A stretch of 64,000 nucleotides of DNA from Eledone cirrhosa (GCA_964016885.1 OZ024740.1:181226001-181290000), one strand, 5' to 3'. Numbered from the stretch's first letter, positions 11,966 to 25,329 are shown. Numbers and translations: made by a program. Notes: generated from the letters alone by a model not told the origin.

Positions 11966-13228
11966 AGAGTAAGGAGCGTATTGAAGTCACATCTGAACAA
12001 GAGTAAGGAGCGTATTGAAGTCACATCTGAACAGCAGAAATGCCATAAGCGCAGTAAATTCCCGAGCTGTGTCTATTATTAGGTACAGTGCGGGAATTCT
12101 GAGATGGAATGTTGCTGAACAAAAAGAAATGGATAGGAAGACTAGGAAGCTATTGACTATCTATAACATGTTCCACAAGAGGAGTGATGTCGATAGACTC
12201 TACCTAAGGAGATCTGAGGGTGGAAGAGGTCTTATCAGCATAGAGGACTGTGTTCAGATGGAGAAAAACAACCTATACAAATACGTGACCTATAGTAAGG
12301 AGCCAATGCTCAGAACTGTACTGAAGGAGGGGACAGTAGGCCAGGGGATGTCCAAGGAGGAAATAACATCAAGGAGGAAGAGCAGCCTTAAGGGAAAATC
12401 CCTTCATAGTACCTTCTTTGAGAAAACTGAATTTAGAGATCCACAGACATGGAACTGGTTGAGAAGAGGAGACCTCAAAAAGGCTACAGAAGGAATGCTA
12501 ATGGCTGCGCAGGAGCAGGCCCTCAAAACGAAGTGGTTGAAGCACCATATCTACAAGGAGGAGGCTAGCCCACTGTGCAGGATCTGTGGAGAGAGAGAGG
12601 AGACTGTGGCTCACATTGTGTCCGAGTGTAAACACCTAGCCCAGACCCACTATAAGGGCTGGAGACACGATGTGATGGGCAGGGTGATCCACTGGCACCT
12701 GTGCAAAGTAAACAATTTACCACATTCTGAGAAATAGTATGAGCATAGGCCAGAGGCGGTGATGGAGAACAATCAGGTGAAGGTGCTGTGGGATTTTAGG
12801 ATACAGACGGACAAAAAACTGGAACACAATAGACCTGAACTGGTGGTTGTGGACAAAGAAAAAAGATCGTGTCTGATTGTGGATGTGGCCTGCCCGTTCG
12901 ACACGAGAGTGCAAGAGAAGGAGAGGGAGAAAATTAACCGATACCAGGACCTAAAGTGGGAGGTGAAAAGGATTTGGAACTGCCATGATGTCAAAGTGAT
13001 CCCGATTGTCATAGGCGCACTGGGGACTATCTCCAAAAGTTTCCAGGGATGGTTAAAGAAAATCGGCCCCTTCACGCTTTTTGGAACGCTTCAAAAGGCA
13101 TGCTTGCTTGGAACAGCAAGAACCCTCCGATACGTCCTGAATATCTGAGGCTGCAAGTAGTGGCTTGATATTCAATCCAACGGACTTTCCAGTTAACCAA
13201 CATCAATGACTGAGATTCAAGGAATAAC
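11966..13228 (+). mobile_element. R4/Dong-like LINE, 5'-truncated copy with a 34-bp duplication at the 5' junction
   Basis: Nearly identical to ~15275-16502, with one TGG>TAG stop at 12735-12737. Flanked by (AAT)n on both sides. Confidence 0.93.
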
Positions 13229-13231
13229 AAC

Positions 13232-13297
<66 letters not shown>

Positions 13298-13298
<1 letters not shown>

Positions 13299-16200
13299 GC
13301 AGGCTCGGGTAATAAGAACTAATGGGTGGATAAGCGAGCTGGAACTGGAGGAACTGAGCAGAGAGAATGGCTTGGAGATGGCGGGTGTAGTATGCCAGAC
13401 AAGCGAGCCGGCGGGAAATGAAGGTGAGGAGGTCCTGAGAACGGAGGAACCACCCGAAGCAGACAATGATCTGAATACTGAGATAAATAATACCTGGAAC
13501 AGAGATACGGCCACTGAGGAGATGAATGCTGCCGGGCTAGGACAAGATTCGGTTGACACCCTAAATTTAGTGGTAGATGAGTTGAACAATGATAGTGGGA
13601 GACCTATGAACCTAAGATTTGTAGACAGGAAAAAGTTAAAAGAAACAACAGCTAAGGTAAACAAAGTCATCCCATACCTTGAGGCGAGGAGTCTTCACCA
13701 GTGCAACAATATCCTCAAAGCAACAGCAAATACGGTGAGGAAACTACTTGGTATAAAAGCGAGAGGAAACAACAGACAAGAAAGAGCAGAGCCGTGGTGG
13801 AAGAAGCGACTGAGTGGGCAAATCGGGGAAATGAGAAATGACATAGGAAAGCTTGAGTCACTACTGAATGGGACACTAAAAAACATAGGCACTAAAAATA
13901 GACTGGAAATAAAATACAAAACTAGGAGTAAAAAGCTAAATATTATCATAGAGGAATTGAAGCAACGCATTGTAGCAAAGAGTGCCAAAATCAGGCGATA
14001 CGAGAACAGAGTCAGTCAGTATAAACAGAACCGCATGTTCGACAACAACCAGAAGATGCTGTTTGGACAGCTTGAGGGGAAAGAAAGAGGCAACGACTTG
14101 ATCCCTGGGGCGGAACAAGCTAAAACATTCTGGAGAGGAATATGGGAGCAGGATGTTAGACACAATGCCCAGGCAGGGTGGATTGAGACAGTACAGAGGG
14201 AGATCGGTGAGCAGGCACAGCAACAGACTGATTTGAGTATCACAGTTGAAACTCTTAAGGGGCAAGCCAAAAAACTAACCAACTGGAAATCACCAGGCCC
14301 AGATGGTGTGCAGGGGTATTGGATTAAACATTTAACATCCCTCCACCCGAAGCTGACGGCCATGTTCAATGACTGCTTGGTGTCGGGTGAGGTGCCAGAG
14401 TGGTTGACAAAAGGTACCACAGTTCTGATAATGAAAGACCGAATCAAGGGTAATGATGTTACCAACTATAGACCTATCACATGTCTGCCCGTAATGTGGA
14501 AACTGTTGACGAGCATTGTGTCTGAGGAAATCTGCCATCACCTCCACACAAACAACTTGTTGCCGGACGAACAGAAAGGATGCCGAAAGAAGTCAATTGG
14601 TACAAAGGACCAGTTGCTTATTGATAAGATGGTAATGGGGAATTGCAGGAGGAGACACACTGATCTTGCCATGGGATGGATAGACTACAGAAAGGCATTT
14701 GACATGGTGCCTCATTCCTGGATCACCAAAAGCCTGGAGATCTTCAGGGTGGCAGATAACATCAGACAGTTGCTGGGCAGGAGTATGGGGTCCTGGGAGA
14801 CAGAGTTGACATCAACTGGAGTATCCTTGGGAAGCGTGAAGATCAAGAGAGGTATCTTCCAGGGAGATAGCCTGTCCCCTCTGTTGTTTGTCCTTGCCCT
14901 GATGCCCTTGACCATTATGCTGCGAAAAGTGAGAGGAGGATACAAGTTGGGAAGGGGAGAGCTTACCATCAATCACCTCCTCTTCATGGACGATCTTAAG
15001 CTCTTCGGGAAAAGTGAGAAGGAGTTGGATGTGCTTGTTGACACTGTCCGTATTTTCAGCAGTGATATATGTATGCAGTTTGGTATTGGTAAATGTGGAG
15101 TCATTGTGATGAGGAGGGGTAGGTTGAGCAGAAGTAACGGGATCCAGATACCAACAGGTGAGATGATAAAGGAAATTGACTCTGAGGAAGGATACAAGTA
15201 TTTGGGCGTTCTGGAGGCTGATGGCATAAAGAACAAAAAAATGAAGGAATTGTTAAGAACTGAATACATTCGGAGAGTAAGGAGCGTATTGAAGTCACAT
15301 CTGAACAGCAGAAATGCCATAAGCGCAGTAAATTCCCGAGCTGTGTCTATTATTAGGTACAGTGCGGGAATTCTGAGATGGAATGTTGCTGAACAAAAAG
15401 AAATGGATAGGAAGACTAGGAAGCTATTGACTATCTACAACATGTTCCACAAGAGGAGTGATGTCGATAGACTCTACCTAAGGAGATCTGAGGGTGGAAG
15501 AGGTCTTATCAGCATAGAGGACTGTGTTCAGATGGAGAAAAACAACCTATACAAATACGTGACCTATAGTAAGGAGCCAATGCTCAGAGCTGTACTGAAG
15601 GAGGGGACAGTAGGCCAGGGGATATCCAAGGAGGAAATAACATCAAGGAGGAAGAGCAGCCTTAAGGGAAAATCCCTTCATAGTACCTTCTTTGAGAAAA
15701 CTGAATTTAGAGATCCACAGACATGGAACTGGTTGAGAAGAGGAGACCTCAAAAAGGCTACAGAAGGAATGCTAATGGCTGCGCAGGAGCAGGCCCTCAA
15801 AACGAAGTGGTTGAAGCACCATATCTACAAGGAGGAGGCTAGCCCACTGTGCAGGATCTGTGGAGAGAGAGAGGAGACTGTGGCTCACATTGTGTCCGAG
15901 TGTAAACACCTAGCCCAGGCCCACTATAAGGGCTGGAGACACGATGTGATGGGCAGGGTGATCCACTGGCACCTGTGCAAAGTAAACAATCTACCACATT
16001 CTGAGAAATGGTATGAGCATAGGCCAGAGGCGGTGATGGAGAACAGTCAGGTGAAGGTGCTGTGGGATTTTAGGATACAGACGGACAAAAAACTGGAACA
16101 CAATAGACCTGACCTGGTGGTTGTGGACAAAGAAAAAAGATCGTGCCTGATTGTGGATGTGGCCTGCCCGTTCGACACGAGAGTGCAAGAGAAGGAGAGG

Positions 16201-16502
16201 GAGAAAATTAACCGATACCAGGACCTAAAGTGGGAGGTGAAAAGGATTTGGAACTGCCATGAAGTCAAAGTGATCCCGATTGTCATAGGCGCACTGGGGA
16301 CTATCTCCAAAGGTTTCCAGGGATGGTTAAAGAAAATCGGCCCCTTCACGCTTTTTGGAACACTTCAAAAGGCATGCTTGCTTGGAACGGCAAGAACCCT
16401 CCGATACGTCCTGAATATCTGAGGCTGCAGGTAGTGGCTTGATATTCAATCCAACGGACTTTCCAGTTAACCAACATCAATGACTGAGATTCAAGGAATA
16501 AC
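13298..16502 (+). mobile_element. R4/Dong-like RLE non-LTR retrotransposon, long 5'-truncated copy
   Basis: Single ORF, ~80-bp 3'UTR, (AAT)n on both sides. Confidence 0.93.
13372..16422 (+). CDS. Reverse transcriptase + CCHC zinc knuckle + PD-(D/E)xK restriction-like endonuclease polyprotein (R4/Dong clade); true N-terminus missing
   Basis: WKSPGPDG, YRPITCL, IDYRKAFD, GIFQGDSLSPLLF, FMDD; CRICGEREETVAHIVSEC; RHD; RPDLVVVD...VDVACP...EKINRY. The frame stays open upstream to the (AAT)n junction (QARVIRTNGWISELELEEL). Confidence 0.93.
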   Translation: MEMAGVVCQTSEPAGNEGEEVLRTEEPPEADNDLNTEINNTWNRDTATEEMNAAGLGQDSVDTLNLVVDELNNDSGRPMNLRFVDRKKLKETTAKVNKVIPYLEARSLHQCNNILKATANTVRKLLGIKARGNNRQERAEPWWKKRLSGQIGEMRNDIGKLESLLNGTLKNIGTKNRLEIKYKTRSKKLNIIIEELKQRIVAKSAKIRRYENRVSQYKQNRMFDNNQKMLFGQLEGKERGNDLIPGAEQAKTFWRGIWEQDVRHNAQAGWIETVQREIGEQAQQQTDLSITVETLKGQAKKLTNWKSPGPDGVQGYWIKHLTSLHPKLTAMFNDCLVSGEVPEWLTKGTTVLIMKDRIKGNDVTNYRPITCLPVMWKLLTSIVSEEICHHLHTNNLLPDEQKGCRKKSIGTKDQLLIDKMVMGNCRRRHTDLAMGWIDYRKAFDMVPHSWITKSLEIFRVADNIRQLLGRSMGSWETELTSTGVSLGSVKIKRGIFQGDSLSPLLFVLALMPLTIMLRKVRGGYKLGRGELTINHLLFMDDLKLFGKSEKELDVLVDTVRIFSSDICMQFGIGKCGVIVMRRGRLSRSNGIQIPTGEMIKEIDSEEGYKYLGVLEADGIKNKKMKELLRTEYIRRVRSVLKSHLNSRNAISAVNSRAVSIIRYSAGILRWNVAEQKEMDRKTRKLLTIYNMFHKRSDVDRLYLRRSEGGRGLISIEDCVQMEKNNLYKYVTYSKEPMLRAVLKEGTVGQGISKEEITSRRKSSLKGKSLHSTFFEKTEFRDPQTWNWLRRGDLKKATEGMLMAAQEQALKTKWLKHHIYKEEASPLCRICGEREETVAHIVSECKHLAQAHYKGWRHDVMGRVIHWHLCKVNNLPHSEKWYEHRPEAVMENSQVKVLWDFRIQTDKKLEHNRPDLVVVDKEKRSCLIVDVACPFDTRVQEKEREKINRYQDLKWEVKRIWNCHEVKVIPIVIGALGTISKGFQGWLKKIGPFTLFGTLQKACLLGTARTLRYVLNI

Positions 16503-16654
<152 letters not shown>

Positions 16655-17374
16655 TAGGCGGTCTTCTGCAGTTTTGTCTACAACATTTCACACTTAAAAA
16701 GAAGAGATTAATGTATTTCATACCATTATCATATATCTTGGGACTTTTCAAATTGATCTTCAACTGGAATTGGAACCATTTCAGAAAAATCACAATGGTA
16801 GGTCAGTGGAAGGGCAAAGTGTATGTGTTCTTACTCTGTTGGCCACGTCAATCATCCTTTGAAAATCTAGTTTGTCTACTAAGCAAGGATCCAATATTGA
16901 TAGACATATACTACAAGCAGATATTCCGACCGTACTTTAAGACAATTTATTAAGTTTAATCATTTATATCAACACGGAAAGTAGATATTATGATACATAC
17001 TATGTTATTGAAATACTTTACATCTGTGCGTAAAATGAGGTCAGCTTATGAGATCAGCAAAAGGTGAGATACACTTTTAAATACAAATAAAACGAAATGG
17101 AAATATTACTTAGTATTTTAGGTATTATATTTTACAAGCATGGTTACGTAAAAAGAATACTTGCTTAACTAGTTCACACAAACAAGGAACAGAAAAAAAT
17201 CAATTTATTTTGTGAGGTTGGGCTCAAAGTTTCGTAGGTTGACTAAGTAAGAGTGAAATCTGGCATAAATTAATTTCCAGTCTTCTTATTAATAACTGTA
17301 TTATATATTTCAAGGTAAACTGACATCTGACTGTTCAAAGAAAACTTCAGTTGTAACTAGTAGTGACTTCCCTT

Positions 17375-18255
17375 GAAGATGGAAAAAAATTGGCCTCGTG
17401 GTGTTATAAAATAACTGAAGAAAAATGGTTTAATCCTCAAGGAGATTCATGTTCACATAGTTGCTACATTGGAAGAGGAAGTCCCTGGTATATCAAAAGT
17501 GCAAAACTGAGTAGTTGAATTTAGGAGTGGAATGGAAAATCTTGAAGATAACCCATAGTCTGGACATCATGCAACTGTTACCACAGAGAAAAACATTGAA
17601 CATGTTCACTATATGGTGATGAATGACAAGAAAGTCACTAAGCATTAAATAGCCAATTCTTAATTTTCTGCCCAATGACCTTGTTATTAAGAAGATTTCA
17701 ACTCGGTGATTACCACGTTATCAGACGCCTGATATAAAATGCACCAAGCAGATCATAATACGGTAAAATTATACACTGTCTGAGGCAGATCTAGCTGGTT
17801 TAGGAGTGGAATGGAAAATCTTGAAGATAACCCATAGTCTGGACATCATGCAACTGTTACCACAGAGAAAAACATTGGTTTCAGGATGAGTACTGGGTTC
17901 ATCAATTTGAGACAGAGACAGAGAGACTATCCCTTAAGAGTAAACATCCCTCCAAAGTAGTCCAGTGTGGTTTGATCTGAAGGGAGGTTCTTGGCATGTT
18001 TGGTGGGTATGCATCCATGGTGAGTACTATGGCAACCTGTTGAAGCAGGTACAAATGGCTATCAAGGCCAAACCCCAAGGAAAACTGACGAAAGGAGTAT
18101 GATTTCATCGGGACAATGCTCCAGCACCCGTCCTTCGTTTCAATTGCTGCCGTATATGACTGTAGCTTTCAACTGGTTGATCACCCTCCCTATTTTTCTG
18201 ATTTCGCCCCACTTGAATATCATAAGTTCCCCACATGACAAACGAATTGGCTGGA
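17375..18255 (+). mobile_element. Degenerate Tc1/Mariner transposase remnant
   Basis: Broken frames give EFRSG.ENLEDNP.SG..ATVTTEKNIEHVH, QDE.WVHQFE.ET, GEYY.NLL.Q, KLTKGV.FH.DNAPA and LVDHPPY.SD.AP (mariner YSPDLAP motif). Confidence 0.85.
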
Positions 18256-18333
18256 AACACACACACACACACATACACACATGTATATAGCTGTCGAAAC
18301 GGGCGGCTCACCCGTCAAAGTCCTCACTCTTTT

Positions 18334-18370
<37 letters not shown>

Positions 18371-18557
18371 TGTGTGTTTATATGTGTGTGTGTGTGTATG
18401 TGTCTATCAGATAGGGTTCAGATCTAGCATTCGAAACGGACGAAGCTCAGCCATTGAGGTCCTGAATCTTTTCATATATATATACGATACAAATTACATA
18501 ATTTACTAATTTTCATATACATTAAGCTTATATGATGAAGCTTTTCTGGGCTGCTGC

Positions 18558-18663
18558 TAAAATAATTGTCTCTACTTTCGGCACAAGGCCAACAATTATC
18601 TATTGCATTACTGGTACTTTATATTATCTACACCGTAAGGATGAAAGACGAAGTTAACCTCGC
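18558..18663 (-). mobile_element. tRNA-derived SINE fragment (same family as 22319 and 28350)
   Basis: ggcacaaggcc..ctggtacttt..aggatgaaagac..aacctcg matches the 28350-28542 copy. Confidence 0.7.
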
Positions 18664-20909
18664 TGCTGCTAAATTATGTCGGAGCACAGTTGATGCCAAA
18701 AATGAAATTTTACTTTCCATAATTTTTGGTTCAGGCATTCGAAGGGGTGTGAGGCTATCAAAAAATCAACGAAGGTTTCGGTTGCAGATATATTATCACA
18801 AATAAAGTAACGTCTCTGTGATTCAGATGTTCACAGTTCACCATCCTATGTAGTTCATTTGGCACCAGTATCGCGACGCTGGAAAGAAAGTTGTTAAATG
18901 AAAATGTGTTACAGCTACAACTTCACTCACATTGTCAGATTATCCTGCCTTTTTGATATTAAAGAAAGAGATGAGGGGATGCATCGCGGTAGCCTGCAAA
19001 GGTCTGCGATGCTGCAAATTGTTGTTGTTCTTTAGTCAGAGAGCAGTGTTTATCTAACATACTTCTATAATAATTTGATTTTTATGAAAGTATTGTAGAT
19101 TTGTTGGAAATTCTATCGTAGCAAGTTCAATTGTTCGTATCTTTGCTTTTAAAATGTTAGTGAGGTTGATGTCGATGATAAAGTTAATGATGATAATGAC
19201 GCTGATGAGGATGATGATGATGATGACAAATTTGGAGAAAGAGGAAGTTGAATGGGAGAGGTGAAGAGAGAAGAGGAAAATAAAGATTATAAACACGAAG
19301 GGAAAGGGAAAACGGTATGAATGTAATCCTCATGAAATTAATCTGAGGTAAGTTAGAGAATGGCGATCTTGATAACGATGATTCAACAGTTGTGACGAGG
19401 GTGGTGATGAAAATGAATAGTTATTATTATTACGACGATGACGATGATCTATCCAATTAAATTTCTCCTAAATATCCTCTTCCTTCCTAAAACTTCGGTG
19501 ATTAATAAACTTAACAAGATAGCTGATAAGAGTACAGAATTTAATTGAGATGTTCATGCCAGTAGAATATTTAATCGAATTGGAACTCGTTACAGCTGGA
19601 GAACTGCTTTTGTTTTATATTTTTATATAACTCGAATATTTGGATAAACTATTATAACTGTATCCTTTAATTTCAATTACACGTCTCGATATTTGTTATT
19701 GTTCTTGTTGGTTTCAGTGTTGGTAACTGAATGCATTCTTATTTTGTAGCTATCGATAAACATTATTATTCAATTTGAATGCATAAATTTAAGATTTTAG
19801 GTTTGTGTGCAGCTAATATTAGACATATTATCTAACTACACATCTGTTACCTTATCTAGTAATACTTTCTTTAAAATACAAGAGATAAACATCTTAATTA
19901 CTATGACAATTTCCAATATTCTGCCCTCGCGAATTTCGGAATTCAAGAATACAATGACTGTACATAGTTATTTTGTCTTTACTCTTATTTTAAAGATGAA
20001 GTATATTTCGACCTTACAGGCCCATCAGACCTGAGCTTATTCAGGTTTCATGAGACGATAAGTGTCTAACAATACAATCGCCAGCTTAATCTACAGCAGG
20101 TGTTGGTGTGTATTTATTTATCTGAATATTATGAAGCAATGTAAAACAATGTCTCTTGTCCTAGAATATAGGACACAATGCGTTGCCTGATATTTAAGAT
20201 TATGAGCCCTACATTCTAACTACATTCTAAAGCAGTATTTCAATAAAATAGCTCAAAATCAATTTAGGAATTCCATGCTTGAGTCATTAGACAAAGGGCG
20301 GCTAAGGGTGATGACCTTTTTCAGACCATGTAACACTGAGAGGAGAAATTGAGGATATTCCGCTCTGATCGGACACCAAATCTGAATACTTACAAGATGG
20401 TCAAAAGATATCCAAATAAATGTCGGCCTTTTAAAATCTGGTGATAACGAATTACGCTACCCACTGAACATTTGCATCCTTTTTTCCTTAGCTTAATTCA
20501 AAAAATGTTACTGATTTCTCCCGATGTCATATAGTGAGATTGATTTAATCAATTATAGCCTATTTCTAAACGTGTGATATATTGCGAGAATGATTAGTCT
20601 ATTCTCCTTTGTCTTGGGCCCAGTGAAGTAGCAGAAACAAAACAACATGAAGTTAAATGCTTTCGTGCATTTAGGTTAATCTTAAATTTCTAAAATTTAG
20701 AATGAGATCATGTTTCATTTTGCCTCTTCTTCTTTATTCTGCGACCAATCATGCGAATGTATGACCTTTAACGGTGATTACTATAATTACATGTATCCTT
20801 TCGTGATCAACAATGAAATTGTTTTCTTCCCACATGTCAATTAACCCTTTCGTTCTATATGTATTTGTCTTTATTATTCTTTCCTCTTCCAAAAAGTCTG
20901 TCTTGAACC

Positions 20910-21176
20910 AGGTGGCTCATCAAACCAGTACTTATCCCACTCTCCGTGGCATGAAGTTTCTATGGGTATAAAACTCTCAATGCAGAGGATGCCAGATCAT
21001 CGGAGGATTAACCACCCAGTTATGGCTGGTACTCATTTTCATCTGAATATACTGGAGCAACGTTAAATGAAGTGTTTTGCTACAGAACACAATACATAAG
21101 CCACAGCAGGGATCGAACACGTAGCATTATGATCATTGCTCCCAATCCCCTGACCACCCGACTATACGCCTCCACA
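20910..21176 (-). mobile_element. Degenerate tRNA-derived SINE (second family)
   Basis: The reverse strand starts GTGGAGGCG..TAGTCGGGTGG (A-box-like) and has GTTCGATCCC (B-box), then a central domain AAAACACTTCATT..TTGCTCCAGT..AAAATGAGTACC. Confidence 0.65.
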
Positions 21177-22318
21177 TTATTTCCTTTCGATATTCAATAC
21201 ATTTCTTAGCTACTCAAATTCTTAATTAGTTCCCACATAAGTGCCATGTAATATACGTGTAGGCATGCTTGATTCATGGAAAGCAAGATAGGCTTTTGAA
21301 TTCAAGACGTGGTGGAAAATTACATCTGCATAATAGTTCGATTTCTTTTAACAATTTATAACTTTATACAATAAGTGTTAACTGCTTCGTTATTATACTA
21401 TTGCTTTATAAGTTTTTACCCGTGAAAACACCACTGGAAACTTACATTCAACTGTGTAGGCAGTTGTATTGATTCCAATACTGGACTGCTATTTATATCA
21501 AAAATATTCGAAATATGAAATCAGAAGTGGCCTAGAGAGTATTAAAACTTCCCATTAAAGGGCGAAACAAAATACCGTGAAGCAGGTTTTCTTGTGTTCT
21601 ACTATTTCTCTTATTCATCACACTTATTCAACGTCATCTAATTCGTTTAAGATTGCTTTCTATTTTTTCCATTCTTCCTTTTAAGAATCCACTCAATTCA
21701 CCTGTTCCATTTGCCCATATGATATTGTGTCACACGTAACTGCTGCCATTCTATGCACTTCGTACGTTGAGATGTATCCTTCTAGCATGCCCTTCACGAA
21801 ATCATAATGTTATTATTCCCAATATTAACATGCACTAGATGAATATAAATACTTTGTAAATTAAGTACTTTCGTATTTATATGATATAAAACCTTGTGAA
21901 GTTGTATAAAATGTTACGGCATTTGTATAAATGTGTCTCTACAATTTAAGGTATGAGATGAAATACTAACTGTACAATTAGTGTAAATGTAATTAAAACA
22001 AACAAAACCAATTGAAGTATAAACATTAGGGCATTCTTCAAAGAACCCACACTGGATGTATACGGGATTGTGCATTCTTAAAAAAAATATAACCAATCCC
22101 ACTTAAAAATTTCGCATCAAAGAATTGTATTTGCACTATGAAGTATTTCCTTTCAAATACGTAACATATTCACCTCATCAAAGTTTGCGTATAGCTTATG
22201 GCTTGAAAAGATTCAATTTTGCACTTCGAAGTTTTGCAATTAGTTTCTTTACAGGCAATAAATAACGTTGTCGTGTCTTTTTTTAACACTATATTCCTCC
22301 CATTATGTATGTAAACTA

Positions 22319-22538
22319 GGGCGTTGGATTGGCAGTATCAGCAGAGCGTCGAACAACATGCTTTGATGCATAGGGTTACGCCCCTTTACGATTTGAGTTC
22401 AAATCCTGCCGATGTTAGATTTGCATTTCATCCTTATGGGATCGATAACAAAAGTACCAGTAATGAACTGGGGTCGATAAATCGACTTTGGCCCTTCCCA
22501 AAATTGTTGGCCTTTTGCTTCAATCAGAAACTAATATT
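22319..22538 (+). mobile_element. tRNA-derived SINE (Meta-domain-like core)
   Basis: A-box-like TGGCAGTATCAG, B-box GAGTTCAAATCC, core TTTCATCCTT.GGGATCGATAA..AGTACCAG. The family assignment is from memory. Confidence 0.78.
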
Positions 22539-22573
22539 ATGTAAAGTAGTCAATGATTGTATGTATGAATTGC

Positions 22574-22605
<32 letters not shown>

Positions 22606-23922
22606 TATATATGTATGTATGTATGTATATATATATATATATATATATAAATATATATGTGTGTGTCTGTGTGTGTACATTTCCTGTGGTGATTTGCCTT
22701 AAAGCCTGCATAATAATATAGGAAAACAACTCTAAACTGGATTCCAGTCCTAAAACAGCTGATGAATATTTGCAAGTACATGTCATTGCCCTCAATCACT
22801 TTGAATGTATTTCGAAGGGCTAAGGGTCTCACATCCAACAGTTATTTGAAGTTCAACACACACATATATATAACGCTGTCTTTAAAAAAATCACACAAGG
22901 AGGTAGATAGAAAATTGATAACTATAGGAATATCGAAAAAGGACAGGCTCAGATCAAAGGAAAATATTTTTTGTATATTCATTTGTATATTTACTAAACT
23001 ACATCAATAATGTAACGATATATATATATAATTACAGGTGTAGCCTGTTGAAGGTCGCTGAACCTACTATGTATTGCAACCCAATCACAATATATCGTCT
23101 TAAATAATCTCAAGCTTCAAATAGATATATGTCTTCCGTCCTTTCCTCACTAGTGAACACAGATTACAAATGCAGCACGATGAAGTAAATAGGCGTTTGA
23201 AAAGAACATAAACATGCATATATTAAACAATGGCATCAATGCAAAACACACTATATTCAGGATAGAGTGTTCACTCGATTATATACATATACAACTGCAC
23301 CTAGAAAAGAAATGGACAGAAGAATACAAGTTTCCAGGAGGGAAATTTTTAAATGTGTTCGTGATATACCACGGACACGATTGAAACAACAGACATTTAA
23401 CAATTTAAAGTAAAACATGGAATTGATACGAACATTTCTAAATGTTGCGCATTCAGATGGTTAAAGGAAATATTATATAGGAGCTTCCCGAGAAACCATC
23501 CATTCAGTGTATATTCTGCTAAAAAAAAAGCAGTGCTAATTCACTTTGTACTTCCTGAACTTGAAGAACTGACAACTTAAATTCCTAATAAATATGATTC
23601 AGATTTCACATTGATGCATACTAAATAAATGATAATTCATCAAGAATGTATAAGCATAGAATAGTTGATGGGACTTCCCATCTATCACACTTATATCTAA
23701 TTGCTACCACATATCAGGACAACGGCCATATAGAGCTTCCATTTCTATTCCACCTATATATATTCTACAAGAATATTTTACACAATTACGTCAATGCGAA
23801 ACACACTATATTCAAGATAGTGTATTCATACTAATACATAGATATAGGCATGTATATATTTCTTTCTCTAGTTATCTCTCTCCCTCTTTTACCCACTCTC
23901 TCTCTTTCCCTCTCTCTAGCCC

Positions 23923-23960
<38 letters not shown>

Positions 23961-24689
23961 GTGTGTGTGTGTGGGGGGGGGTGTAGGTTTGTGTGTGTAT
24001 ATGTAGAGTGGTTGATAGATAGATAGACAGAGAAAGAGAGAGAGAGAGAGCGAGAGAGAGAGAAAGAAAAAGAGAGAGAGAAGTATAATGTATTTGAGTT
24101 CATATCTATCTGCTTGAATGTATACATTTCCATATGATGCTTGTAATTATATTCTACATTGGATAACTTTAATGAACACACCAATTACATTTACCGAAAC
24201 TGTATCGTTTCTTACATGCTGAGATGCACTTGGATTTAATGGTTACCTAAAAATATATCATAGATATACAACTAAACACACTTGCGTGTACCTATGTACA
24301 TACGCCTTTGTGTGTACATGTATGTTTTTGTATTTATGTGTATGTGAATCTCATTAGGCTCCAATGGATATCAACGTGTACCGGCCTCTGTATATATGAG
24401 TGGTGTATGTATGTTTATATATATATATATTTAGGCACACCATGTTAGAGAAATTGCAATTATGAAACTATATCTAATTATGGCAATATATTGTTTCTTA
24501 ATTAACATTTTCTGTAAGCAGGTGATAATATTCAGTTGGAATATTTCCATTGCATTACCGAAATCCTGTTTAAATCCATTTCGTCGTTATGCAACCTAAC
24601 TTAATTTTGCTATAGCTATGAATGCCTAATCCTAGTTCAGCGTGATCTTGAACAATTCTGATCAATGTTCCTCAAATCCCGACCATTTC

Positions 24690-24850
24690 ATTCATTTATT
24701 CTTTCCCTGGTTCCACTCATTATACTGTTGCCATGCTGGAACATCAGCTTAAACTGAATTAGTCGATTATAGAAACCAACCTCACCGATTATTTTTGATA
24801 GCTACTAAGCTAAGGGAGTGAAGCTCAAGCAAAAACACTTACATACTCAC
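24690..24850 (-). mobile_element. SINE remnant whose tail resembles the 3' end of the CR1-like LINE at 61957
   Basis: ttattctttccctggttccactcattatactgttgccatgctggaacatc resembles ttactcttttacctgtttcagccatccggctgaggccatgctggggcacc. Confidence 0.5.
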
Positions 24851-24861
24851 ACAGTCTCGTA

Positions 24862-25299
24862 TTAAAATAGGGGCTGAGCTGTTATCTGATCACCATCTAG
24901 TTATCTACAGTCGGAGACCACTTAAAGCCAAGAGATTCCACAAATGTTGCAGGAACAGGTCGAAGTTTTGGTTATGACCAAATAAATCCGAGCGCGAAAA
25001 GATCCCCCGACGACTCTTTGGGATAAGTTCCTCGACAAAGTACGTAACTCAGATTTCCGAGTCCCTTCAGGTAGGGCCACCACTTCTCTGAATTGAGAGA
25101 TCAATATTACGGTTAGAGTGTCTCAATAAAGAATCACTGGACAGATTCCAAGGGTAAAACCAACCTACAGGAGATACAAGATTAGATGCTGAGCAAGTTG
25201 ATTGGATAATATTCATGAGATCGGCTGGTCTCGCTCCGAGATTAGCCGGATGAAATGGAGACAATTCGGTACCTTCCTAGGAGTAAGTCAGCGAAGAAG

Positions 25300-25329
<30 letters not shown>
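24862..25329 (+). mobile_element. Highly deleted RTE-like LINE remnant ending in (AAG)n
   Basis: GAELLSDHHLV (end of APE domain) and LDNIHEIGWSR (C-terminus), then an (AAG)n tail at 25294-25329. Confidence 0.5.
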
